The notes beneath the pieces were generated by a model. That model did not search any database. It had not been told where the DNA came from and worked only from the letters and a program-made list of their open reading frames with translations. Shown here piece after piece: positions 40,944 to 49,716 of a stretch of DNA of 56,021 nt. The translations under genes were made by a program, and so were the position numbers. The DNA is taken from sequence record SRR20825006_2977. The stretch is one strand, 5' to 3'. How positions within the stretch are numbered: the first letter of the stretch is position 1; each line of letters begins with the position of its first letter.

Positions 40944-43360
40944 CGCGTGACTTGCTCGAGCGCGGTGCCCTTGAGCAGGTTCGAGACGACCTCTGCGACA
41001 GAGCCTCCTCCGAGGATCGCCAGCGGCGCCATCGACTCCGAGACGCGCTCGACCATGGCGCGGTCGCTAAAGGATTGCAGCGCGGCGACCAGATCTGGCG
41101 AGACAGCGTTCGCCTTCGAAACCACCGCCGCGACATCGGCCTCGATCTCCTTGATGCGCTGGAGCAACTTCGCCTCCTCGACAGAGAGGGCCACGTCGGC
41201 CTGCGCCTTCTGAATCTGGAGCTCGAGCTCGTTGATCCCTTCGAGCGCTTGCTGCTCCTCGCGCCTTGCTTCGAGGCGCTTGGATTGCGCCTCTCGCTCG
41301 GCGCCGAGTTCGGTCAACCTCACGGTGAGCCGCTTGGTGATCTCCTGCTCGCGAAGCTCGAGCTCTCTGGCGAGCGTGGTCGATTGCGTCTCCATGATCT
41401 CGCGCTTGAGGCGCTCGGACTCCTTCACAAACTCGAGCTCTCGTCGCTCGGCGGCCAACTCCAGCGTCTGGCTCACAACCGCATGCTGGGCCTGCGTGAG
41501 CATATCCTCGATTTGAGAATCACCCAGCGTCACGTCCAGCACCTCCACGTCGTAGATGCGCATCCCGTTCTCGGGGAACACGCGCCCCTTGCGCTTGCCA
41601 TCCTCGCCGGATTCCCCGAGCACCGTGTCGCGAATGATCTGAATCGCGTCCGCGTAGAAACCCTGCACGCCGCGGCGCTTGATCGCATTGCGCAACACCG
41701 AGCGCATGTGGTCGGTCAGGAACTTGACGTAGTTCTCCACGTCGAACCACTGGTCGGGCTCGCCCTCGAAGTTCACGCGATAGGACAGCTTCAAGGTCAC
41801 GCGACACAGGTCCGAGGTCTCCGCCTCGACCACATCCGAGACCTTGTTGTGCTTGACCCGCAGGTACACCGTCTTGAGGACGCGGTCCTCGTTCTTTGGC
41901 GTGCCGGTGGAGAGCTGCATCGACTCCAGCGTTTCATCATAGGCCAACAGGTAACTCTGCGGCCCGACGACGACCTTTCGCTCGCCAGATTTGCTCACGA
42001 CCTGGACGGCATAACCGGTCCAGGGGCTGATGGTGATCGCGCCATCGTATTTGGTATCGAGCGTGATCGTGCGCGGTGGCGTGAACTGTGCGCGGCGAGC
42101 GATCTCGTCGCCCGCAAACCCCTCGGTGGCTTCTTCGCGCTTTCGCCTCGACTTATCCCTCGTGGCCTCCTGGCGAACGCGCTCATCGAGCACATACTCG
42201 CCACCTTCGCTCTTCTCCATGATCCGCTGGAGGTTCATGTTGTAATCGCGCGCCTCCTTGTTCCCCGGAAACCACTGCGAGACCTGATTGTCCGAGAGGA
42301 CGCGTCGCACGATGATCTCATTGCGAGGGTCGGGGAGGAACATCTTTGGTCCTCGCACCAGGCTCACCTGACCTGTCTTGCGATCCAGGCAATAACGCCC
42401 CTCACCAGCCGGGATGGCCACCGCGTAGTGAAGTTCGCGCTCGCCATAGCGAATGATGGCGTGCTCGGGACGCGGGAAGTAAATCATCGTGTCCTTGCCC
42501 GTGATAAAGAGCTCCTGGCCGACCTCGTAGTCCTTGCCATCCTCGGAGTAGGGCGCGATGACCTTGACGTACAGCCCGCTCAGTTCATTGAGCTCGATGG
42601 CGCGGAACTTTCGCGAACCCTGGCGCTTGACGAAGCGCTCGGTGGGCTCGGGGAAGACCACCGCAGGGCCTTGAATAAAGCGCTTGTTGCCGTCCTCATC
42701 GAGCAGGATGCAGTACTCCAGGCGCTCGAGCGTGACCGCCTCTCGGACGTAGTTTCCGCTGCTGTCAGGGACGACCTCGATGCCTGTCGGGGGGATGTAG
42801 AAGGAGACGTCGGTGCCCTTGATGACGAGCTGTTGTCCCATCGTCAGCGCCTCGCTCGACTCGATGACCTCGGCGCCTCCATCGCTCCCCTGTGGCGTGA
42901 TGACCGCCTCACTCCATGACTTGCGCGCGGACTCCTCGTCGTAGACGCGCACGAGCAAGTACTGGTTGGAGCGGATGTGGTGCCCCTTGATGACGCGCGT
43001 CATCTGCCCTGGCCAGAGCGCGAACGCGCGCGGGCCAGGCAGGTTGACCTTGTGCCCGATCGTGATCGCGCCGAGGTTGTGCACCGTCCCACTGGTTGGC
43101 TGCGTGTTCTCCTTGGAGGGGTTCTTCAGGACGATGTACCAACCCTCCGGCGCGACGGCGAAGAGCTTGGTGGATTCCTCGAGCGAGCAGCGGATAAATC
43201 GCTTGCTCGACGCGTCGAAGTACACGGGCTGGTCGGTGTTGGCGAGGCTTGTCTTGTAGGGGCCGACGTAGACGTTGATGTTCCCCTTGGTTTGATCGGA
43301 GATGAAGGCGTATTCGTTCGGGGCAAGCACGAGATCGCGCTCACGGCTGCGATCGGACAT
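40886..43360 (-). CDS. Major vault protein (MVP) homolog
   Basis: About 7 vault-like repeats ending in GP/YxP motifs, 'LSTGTPK', shoulder 'DVVEAETSD...LKLSYRVNF...VFPENGMRIYDVEV', a ~150-aa coiled coil and a cap-ring-like end. RBS gaggtagg. Confidence 0.88.
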   Translation of the reverse strand: MSDRSRERDLVLAPNEYAFISDQTKGNINVYVGPYKTSLANTDQPVYFDASSKRFIRCSLEESTKLFAVAPEGWYIVLKNPSKENTQPTSGTVHNLGAITIGHKVNLPGPRAFALWPGQMTRVIKGHHIRSNQYLLVRVYDEESARKSWSEAVITPQGSDGGAEVIESSEALTMGQQLVIKGTDVSFYIPPTGIEVVPDSSGNYVREAVTLERLEYCILLDEDGNKRFIQGPAVVFPEPTERFVKRQGSRKFRAIELNELSGLYVKVIAPYSEDGKDYEVGQELFITGKDTMIYFPRPEHAIIRYGERELHYAVAIPAGEGRYCLDRKTGQVSLVRGPKMFLPDPRNEIIVRRVLSDNQVSQWFPGNKEARDYNMNLQRIMEKSEGGEYVLDERVRQEATRDKSRRKREEATEGFAGDEIARRAQFTPPRTITLDTKYDGAITISPWTGYAVQVVSKSGERKVVVGPQSYLLAYDETLESMQLSTGTPKNEDRVLKTVYLRVKHNKVSDVVEAETSDLCRVTLKLSYRVNFEGEPDQWFDVENYVKFLTDHMRSVLRNAIKRRGVQGFYADAIQIIRDTVLGESGEDGKRKGRVFPENGMRIYDVEVLDVTLGDSQIEDMLTQAQHAVVSQTLELAAERRELEFVKESERLKREIMETQSTTLARELELREQEITKRLTVRLTELGAEREAQSKRLEARREEQQALEGINELELQIQKAQADVALSVEEAKLLQRIKEIEADVAAVVSKANAVSPDLVAALQSFSDRAMVERVSESMAPLAILGGGSVAEVVSNLLKGTALEQVTRYLPDPSSSSTSRDDEESE

Positions 43361-43420
43361 GATCCTACCTCTTTCGCAGGGTGGTGGTTTGGCTGCTGTT
43401 TTTGATCCAGGGGCGCAAGT

Positions 43421-44131
43421 TTAGCGAACGGGTTTGAAACGCGCCACCCCCGCGATCCTCGCTCTCGCGGAACGAACCGCTCGAAGCAAGGCTTCCCAGC
43501 AAGAGCCACCAACCTCGCCAACACCAAACTTCGCGAGCAGCAAGGTGAAGTCATCGCTGAACTCGCCAGAGGGCAGTGTCGCGAGTTCAGCGAGCGCGTT
43601 GGCGCATCCTTCGAGGTTTGTCGCGTGCATGTGGAGACATCGTTCGATCGAGGTCTGTTTGGCGCAACCGAAGAGCCCATCCGAGCCCACTAGCAAGACC
43701 CCGTCGCTCGCATCGTACGGGCCAAAATAAACAGGGAGTGATTGCTGAGTCCCGAGCATCGGTTTGCGTCTTTGGTACTGCGTGAGGTTCTCGAGCCCAC
43801 CCCCAGAGAGCAACCAGGCTGCCGAATCTCCGACGCTCGCGCCACGCACCTCGCCATCGTAAACCTCGACAATCACGCCGGTGCTCCAACCTGCTTTGGG
43901 ATGTGCTCCGAGTGTCTCGTCGATCTCTTGCAAGACTTGCGACCAGTCCACCAACCCAGGCTCTTCGGCATGGCGAAGCGCGAGGTCGCAAACAAGCGTT
44001 GCCGCTAACGCACCCCCGGCAGTTCCTCCGGCACCATCTGCAAGGAGGAACAGGGAGCGATGCTCGTTGCATAAGATCGCGAACCTGTCCTGTCCGCCGG
44101 TCGCTGCGACTTGTCTGTGAGCGATTTCCAA
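43421..44131 (-). CDS. PP2C-family (PPM) Ser/Thr phosphatase
   Basis: 'QDR', 'LADGAGG', 'SVGDS', 'GSDGL', 'DDFT'. TTG start inferred. Confidence 0.85.
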   Translation of the reverse strand: MEIAHRQVAATGGQDRFAILCNEHRSLFLLADGAGGTAGGALAATLVCDLALRHAEEPGLVDWSQVLQEIDETLGAHPKAGWSTGVIVEVYDGEVRGASVGDSAAWLLSGGGLENLTQYQRRKPMLGTQQSLPVYFGPYDASDGVLLVGSDGLFGCAKQTSIERCLHMHATNLEGCANALAELATLPSGEFSDDFTLLLAKFGVGEVGGSCWEALLRAVRSARARIAGVARFKPVR

Positions 44132-44169
44132 AAGATGACCTTGTTTTTGATGTGTCTTCGACGTCTCGC

Positions 44170-44252
44170 CCAGACCGATGTGGGGGCACTTTTTTGATAC
44201 CCAGTTTGCTCCCCGAAACAACCGTCAAAAAAGTGCCCCCACATCGGTCTGG
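44170..44252. repeat. 28-bp perfect inverted repeat with 27-nt spacer
   Basis: ccagaccgatgtgggggcacttttttga (44170-44197) pairs with tcaaaaaagtgcccccacatcggtctgg (44225-44252). Confidence 0.85.
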
Positions 44253-44294
44253 CCACCGCGGATTGCAAACGCGAGACCTCGCCGGAGGATGAAT

Positions 44295-44975
44295 TCAGGT
44301 TGTTTGCCGCGACTGTATCCAGGCGCGCAGTGTCCCCGCGTCGAGCAACGCGACCGCTTGCGAGACATACTTTCGCTCGTCAGACTCGAGCGCTGGCGCC
44401 TTCGAGCAGGAGCCGTTCAGCGTGATCGTGCTGCGGATGTGCTCTCTCACTTTGTCTGGAGGCGTGCGTTGTTCGAAGGTGTGATTGCCGTTGTCCTGGG
44501 TATAAATCAATGCCTTCGTCGCAGGATCGATCGTCCAATCGAACAGCATATCCCGATATCCCCACTCGATGCGATGACCCGCCTCCAGCGCCTCGATGAC
44601 GATGCTCGTGGCATCTTCGATTGTTTCCTTTATCCGAGCTTGCTCGACCAATCTGGGACACGTGCGCTGAAGATCCTCGTGTAGCGCGGTAGGGTTCAGG
44701 TAATGCGATCTCATATGCGCTGGCGCATGAACTGTTATTGCCTCGAAGAGCGCCTGGCATGTCGGCTCGGACAGGATCATGATGGCGAGCAATTCGCGCG
44801 CCTCAGGTTCGCTGAGCAACGCCGAGGGACCACGCGCATCGGGCCAGTAGACGAAACGTGGTGGAGGATACTCCGAGTTCACGCGCAGCAACTTCGCGCT
44901 CCCGATGTCCCACACGACTCCTGGCACAAACCACGAGAGCACACGCTCGATCATGTCAGCTCTGTCCTCGCTCAT
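44295..44975 (-). CDS. Hypothetical protein
   Basis: 226-aa ORF with RBS gaggt; fits the co-directional run. Confidence 0.6.
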   Translation of the reverse strand: MSEDRADMIERVLSWFVPGVVWDIGSAKLLRVNSEYPPPRFVYWPDARGPSALLSEPEARELLAIMILSEPTCQALFEAITVHAPAHMRSHYLNPTALHEDLQRTCPRLVEQARIKETIEDATSIVIEALEAGHRIEWGYRDMLFDWTIDPATKALIYTQDNGNHTFEQRTPPDKVREHIRSTITLNGSCSKAPALESDERKYVSQAVALLDAGTLRAWIQSRQTT

Positions 44976-45002
44976 GGGAACCTCGCTTCTTGTGCTGTGT
45001 TA

Positions 45003-45320
45003 CTATGGCCTCGCCGCCGGCTCGATGCTGCTTATGACAAGGTAAAGCAACCCCGCCGTCAGCGCGCTGGCGCAACCTGCATAAATCAATGCCCAGAGGT
45101 GACTCCCGCTCCATGCCCACCAGCCGCCGAGCGCGGGGTGCGCCAGCAATACAAGCGCTACGAGCATCATCACCGCGCCGATCTGTTTGTCGCTCGTCAC
45201 ATGACTCGACAGGAAGATGCTCGAGAGCACGCCCGTGGCCAGCGCGAGCCCGACGGCGAGCAGCGCATCGAGGACGACGAGGACCCAGGCAATGATGATG
45301 AGGAGGGTAGGGCTGGCCAT
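45003..45320 (-). CDS. Small membrane protein (about 3 TM)
   Basis: Three hydrophobic stretches; tightly packed between its neighbours. Confidence 0.55.
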   Translation of the reverse strand: MASPTLLIIIAWVLVVLDALLAVGLALATGVLSSIFLSSHVTSDKQIGAVMMLVALVLLAHPALGGWWAWSGSHLWALIYAGCASALTAGLLYLVISSIEPAARP

Positions 45321-45326
45321 AAGGAA

Positions 45327-45767
45327 TCACTCGTGGGTTTGAGCGCGTAGGAGGGCAAGGCGTGATTTTTGAACGTCACGCACCTCTCTCGACCTCATAT
45401 CGAGGTCAAAATCATCCCCACAACGCGACAGCAACACCTGCTGCTCTACGGGAACCTTCTGACCATCTCCCATGACCTCGACCACCTGTTCGCCAAGCTC
45501 CATCAGCAAGAAGAGCGCGATTTTCGACGCGGCGCTGTCATCCGCTGATGTGATCTCGATCCTCGGCCTCGGCTCTTTCAAGACCTCGACGTTAAACCTC
45601 TCGAAGGGGCTCGATCGGTTGGTGCAGTAGAGCTCGGTCCACTCGGTGTCATGAGGGGTGCGAGAGTTGCCGTCCGAGTCGAAGTCATGCCCATCGCCCC
45701 ACACGAAGGTCGTGACCAGATAAAAGGGTGGGCGCGAGCGCTCCGTATAGATGAAGAAGGTGATCAC
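45327..45767 (-). CDS. Hypothetical protein
   Basis: GTG start overlaps the GNAT stop (GTGA); motif-like 'DFDSDGNS...WTELY'. Confidence 0.6.
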   Translation of the reverse strand: MITFFIYTERSRPPFYLVTTFVWGDGHDFDSDGNSRTPHDTEWTELYCTNRSSPFERFNVEVLKEPRPRIEITSADDSAASKIALFLLMELGEQVVEVMGDGQKVPVEQQVLLSRCGDDFDLDMRSREVRDVQKSRLALLRAQTHE

Positions 45768-46687
45768 TGGCGATACTTCCAGACAGCGAGGTGGAGGTAG
45801 GGTTTGCAACCGTGCGCTCGAAACAGCTTTAGCATCGGTTCGTTCCTGGCAGATGTCCCACCATGATAGCTGACCCCACCTTGTTGGCGAAACAACTCGA
45901 AGCCTCGCCGGTGCACCCACTTGCCAAGCCCCTTGCCGCGCGCTTCCTCCACCACCCCCATGAATGTCATCGTGCACCATCCATCCGAGGACGCCGTCTG
46001 CGCGATCACGATGGCGACCGCGTCCTGCTCGCTGTCAAAGCCGACCTGAACGCAGGAAGGCTCGCAGAATAACTCCTCGTCCGACAGGTAGCTCTCGATG
46101 AGTTTCACGCCGTCATCATCCTCTTCCCAATCTGGCCCCTGGCCAGCGCGTTCGAGGATCTGCGCGGCGAAGTCCAGGCCAACCTCATCCATCGATTTCC
46201 AGGTCAGCGGACCTCGCCAATCCGTGCTCAGTGCTGTGACAGGCGTCTTGAACTCGAGCCGCTCCCCGTGTCTCTCCCAGCCAAGCTCGGCGAGCAACGC
46301 TTCGAGCCCATCCGGCGCTCTCTCGAGGTTCAACCTGAGCTCGATCCCGACGGGATGCCCGAGGTCCTCCAGGATGTTCTCGAGCACGCTCCTGGCGTCC
46401 TCGACGAGGTTCTCCTGTAACGCGGGCTCCAGTGTCCAGAAGAGGTGGAGCGCATATGGCGTGCCTTCTTTTGGCGGCGATGTGATGGCGGCGACGCTCG
46501 CTATGGGGGCGCCGTCGGGCACGAAGACATGTTGGCGTGAAGATGCCTCGGGGTGCTGCTTCAGGGTTTGGGCATAGGATGCCTCGCGTCGCGCGACCTC
46601 ATCCTCGTCAAGGTTCGCGACCTCGCCGCGCAAGCGCGCGTAGGCTGCGGTCGTGGTTGTCGAGAGCCTGGTGGTTTCGTGATCCAT
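45764..46687 (-). CDS. GNAT family acetyltransferase
   Basis: Acetyl-CoA motif A 'MGVVEEARGKGLGK' and 'NEPMLKLFRAHG'. Confidence 0.82.
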   Translation of the reverse strand: MDHETTRLSTTTTAAYARLRGEVANLDEDEVARREASYAQTLKQHPEASSRQHVFVPDGAPIASVAAITSPPKEGTPYALHLFWTLEPALQENLVEDARSVLENILEDLGHPVGIELRLNLERAPDGLEALLAELGWERHGERLEFKTPVTALSTDWRGPLTWKSMDEVGLDFAAQILERAGQGPDWEEDDDGVKLIESYLSDEELFCEPSCVQVGFDSEQDAVAIVIAQTASSDGWCTMTFMGVVEEARGKGLGKWVHRRGFELFRQQGGVSYHGGTSARNEPMLKLFRAHGCKPYLHLAVWKYRQ

Positions 46688-46716
46688 GAATCTCCGTCGG
46701 TTGGATTGAGTTCGTC

Positions 46717-49131
46717 TCAACCTTCCTCATCAGCGTGTTTATTTCCCTTCTTTCGGTAGACCAGCAGCAGGATCGGCGGCAGCAGGAAGAGGTCGCCAAA
46801 GACCGCGCCAAAGATCGTGATGCCGATCAGTTTTCCAAAGAATGTCGTCGGTACGAAGTCGCTAAACAGCAGGAGCGTCAAACCGGTCACGAGCAACACG
46901 CTCGTTAACAGGATCGCTCGCCCCGCGCCAAAGTAGGTGAACAGCAGCGCGGTGTGTGCGTCATCGTGGCGCTCCATCTCCTCGCGAAAGCGCGTCAGGA
47001 AGTGAATCGTATCATCGACCGCCAGCCCGAGGCTGATGGCGAAGATAATCACCGTCGTCGTGTTCAGGTCGATGCCCGCCCAGCCCATGTAGGCGAGCGT
47101 GGCGACGAGCGGTGTGACGTTAGGGAGGACGCTGATAAGTCCTACTTTTAGTGAGCGGAACACCGCGGTCATCATCGCGAAGATGATCACCATCGCGAGC
47201 AACAGGCTGTAGATCAGATCCCAGATGAACGAGTCGAGCGCGATGCTCGCCACGTAGGCATCCCCCGCGATGTAAGTGTAGTAGCCCTGTTCTGGCGGGA
47301 ACAACTCGTCGAGCTTTTCCTTGATGGCCTGTCCTTCGCCGATCATCTTTCGCGCGCCGAAATCCTCGACGCGCACCAGGATGCGCGCGTTCGAGAAGTC
47401 TGGCGTCATGAACGCGCGCACACCTCCGCGCGAGTCAGGAGGCCCCTCGATGAGGAGTTGGATTTGCTCGACCTGAGCTCTCGACGTGGGCATCTCCTGA
47501 CGTTGCGCAGGATCTCCGAGCAGCGCGGCGCGCGCGGCCTGGTGGAAGTTGACGATGCTCTGCGTCGAGATAAACCCATCGCGCGCTTCGACGAACTGTT
47601 GAAGCTCGTGGAGCTTGGCGTAGGGCTCCGGGTTCTTGAAGTGATCCTTGTCCTTGTGCTCGATGCTGATCTCGACTGGCAGGATGCCTCCGAGATCCTG
47701 CTCGAGCTTGCGCGTCATCTGGAAGGTCGGGTGATCCTCGCCATAGATTTCGAGCAGTTTGGTGTCGATCTTGACGGTGGAGGCGACGTAGACAAACCCG
47801 GCAGAGATCATCAGCCCGATGGCGATCACGGTCTTCGGTCTGGCGAGCACGCGCTCGGCGACGGCGATCAAGCCACGCTCGAGCAGCGGCGCTTCTTTTA
47901 GCGCCTCGGGCGTCAGCTCGCTGATGGCGTCATCTCCCTCGCTCGTGAGCCGCTTTACAGGCCGAAGGTAAGAGAGCGCGGGTGGGATAAAGAACAGCGT
48001 CGCGAAGTAGGCGAACATCACGCCCGCCGCCGCTTGCCAGCCGAACGCCTTGAGGATGTCCGTGTCCGCCACGAGCAGGCTGATAAAGCCCACCGCGGTC
48101 GTCGTACTGGTCAACAGACAGGCCATCCCCGTGTGGCGGATCATCGCCTTGGTGGCCTCGTGGCGATCCTTGCCGAGCTCTATCTCCTCGGCTTGCCGCG
48201 TGAGCATGTGCACGCTGTCGGAGATGCCGATGATAAAGATCATCGTCGGGAGCACGTTGTTGATGATGTTGATCGCGTAACCAGTGATCACCAGCAGCGC
48301 CACGGTCATCGCCGCCGCGATCCCGACCACCGCGATCGGCAGGATCGTCCCGCTCGGTCTCCTGAACAACACGATGAGGATCAACAGGTAGGCGATCCCT
48401 GTGAGCGGGATGAAGACGATCTGCTCGTGGCGAAGGCTCTGGACGACCTCGACGCGAATGCGCGGGAGACCGGCCAGGGAGGTCTTTGTCTTTGACGGGG
48501 GAGGGATGTCCGCGAGGACCGCCTCGATCTTGTCGGTGACCTCTTCGAGGTCGCCAGCGTCCTGCAAGTCATCTTGTAGCCAGAACAGGATCGCGCTCGT
48601 CTTCTTGTCCTCGCTCACGAGCTGCTGGCGAATGAGCGGCTCGCTCTCGGTCAGGTTGGCGATTTGCTCGGCGACCTCCTGAGGGATCTCGACCTCAGAC
48701 GCTTCCGTGTCCTTGCCGTTGGCTTCCTGCCATGCTTCGAGCACAGGCGTTGTGGTCAGGCTGCCATCTTCTCGGCGCGGGATCTCGATGGTCGTGATCG
48801 AGAGCGAGCGCTTGATCTCCTCGAGCTCGCTCGTCTCGAGCGTCGCGCGATGGATGTATGAGAGCGTCTTGGCGTCGAGGACGTTGTCCCCTTCGACGAC
48901 GATCATGGCGAGGTTATCCTCGCGGCCAAACTTCTCGGCGAACCTCTCGCGCAACTTGTCATGATTCGAGGTCGACTCGAAGAGCTGTTGCGGGGTGAAG
49001 TTAAACTCGAGAAGAGGTATGGTCGCCACGCACCCCAGCGCCAGGATCGTGATCGCGATCAGGATCGGGAGGCGGTGCTTGAGAATGAATTCAGAGAGCC
49101 AGCGAAACAGTTGCATTAGTGCGCGCTCCAT
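46717..49131 (-). CDS. MMPL/RND family transporter
   Basis: Two MMPL halves with 'IGISDSVH' and 'LGLAVDDTIHFL'. Confidence 0.9.
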   Translation of the reverse strand: MERALMQLFRWLSEFILKHRLPILIAITILALGCVATIPLLEFNFTPQQLFESTSNHDKLRERFAEKFGREDNLAMIVVEGDNVLDAKTLSYIHRATLETSELEEIKRSLSITTIEIPRREDGSLTTTPVLEAWQEANGKDTEASEVEIPQEVAEQIANLTESEPLIRQQLVSEDKKTSAILFWLQDDLQDAGDLEEVTDKIEAVLADIPPPSKTKTSLAGLPRIRVEVVQSLRHEQIVFIPLTGIAYLLILIVLFRRPSGTILPIAVVGIAAAMTVALLVITGYAINIINNVLPTMIFIIGISDSVHMLTRQAEEIELGKDRHEATKAMIRHTGMACLLTSTTTAVGFISLLVADTDILKAFGWQAAAGVMFAYFATLFFIPPALSYLRPVKRLTSEGDDAISELTPEALKEAPLLERGLIAVAERVLARPKTVIAIGLMISAGFVYVASTVKIDTKLLEIYGEDHPTFQMTRKLEQDLGGILPVEISIEHKDKDHFKNPEPYAKLHELQQFVEARDGFISTQSIVNFHQAARAALLGDPAQRQEMPTSRAQVEQIQLLIEGPPDSRGGVRAFMTPDFSNARILVRVEDFGARKMIGEGQAIKEKLDELFPPEQGYYTYIAGDAYVASIALDSFIWDLIYSLLLAMVIIFAMMTAVFRSLKVGLISVLPNVTPLVATLAYMGWAGIDLNTTTVIIFAISLGLAVDDTIHFLTRFREEMERHDDAHTALLFTYFGAGRAILLTSVLLVTGLTLLLFSDFVPTTFFGKLIGITIFGAVFGDLFLLPPILLLVYRKKGNKHADEEG

Positions 49132-49231
49132 CACCCTGAAAGGAGGAGAGGTCGTTGCGTTCGAAACGGAAGATACGCTCTGGCGCCGCGGGCGTCTACG
49201 GCCCCTGTGGCGGATACGAAGCGAGGAAGCG

Positions 49232-49678
49232 ATGAGCGAAGATCAGACTTCTCGACCTGTGTGCATCGGCCTTGATGTGGGCACGGTGCGAATTGGCGTG
49301 GCCACACACACCGAAGGCGCCGACTATGCGATGCCTCACCGCACCGTCGAGGCGCGTCCTTTGCGCACAGCTTGCGAGGAGATCGCCACGCTCATCGAGG
49401 AGCGCGGCGTGGATACGGTCGTCGTCGGCTGGCCTCTCGATATGGATGGGAGCGAGGGGAGGGCGGTGCGCCGCGTGCAGAAGTTCCTCGACGCCTTGCT
49501 CGAAGAGACCGGCAAGCGCGAGCTGCAAGTCCAGGTCATCGAGTGGGACGAGCGCTTGACCACGACGTCTGCCGAGGCGATGCTCGTTGGCGCAGACGTT
49601 TCGCGCGGCAGGCGCAAAAAGGTCGTCGATCAAATCGCCGCTGCGCAGATCCTGGAAGGATATTTGAAATCCATCTAA
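49232..49678 (+). CDS. ruvX: YqgF/RuvX pre-16S rRNA nuclease
   Basis: 'GLDVGTVRIGVA', 'VVGWP..MDG', 'WDERLTT', 'VDQIAAAQILEGYL'. Confidence 0.95.
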   Translation: MSEDQTSRPVCIGLDVGTVRIGVATHTEGADYAMPHRTVEARPLRTACEEIATLIEERGVDTVVVGWPLDMDGSEGRAVRRVQKFLDALLEETGKRELQVQVIEWDERLTTTSAEAMLVGADVSRGRRKKVVDQIAAAQILEGYLKSI

Positions 49679-49716
49679 CTGCGTTGCTCTGTCTCACGCA
49701 AGGAGGCGTGGAGTCG

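Noticed and set aside
40817-42919. 700-aa plus-strand ORF
   Set aside because: Antisense shadow of the MVP gene; no recognisable motifs.
43421-46687. Integron cassette array hypothesis for the small co-directional genes
   Set aside because: No repeated attC-like sites between the genes, gaps are mostly too short, and no integrase is present.
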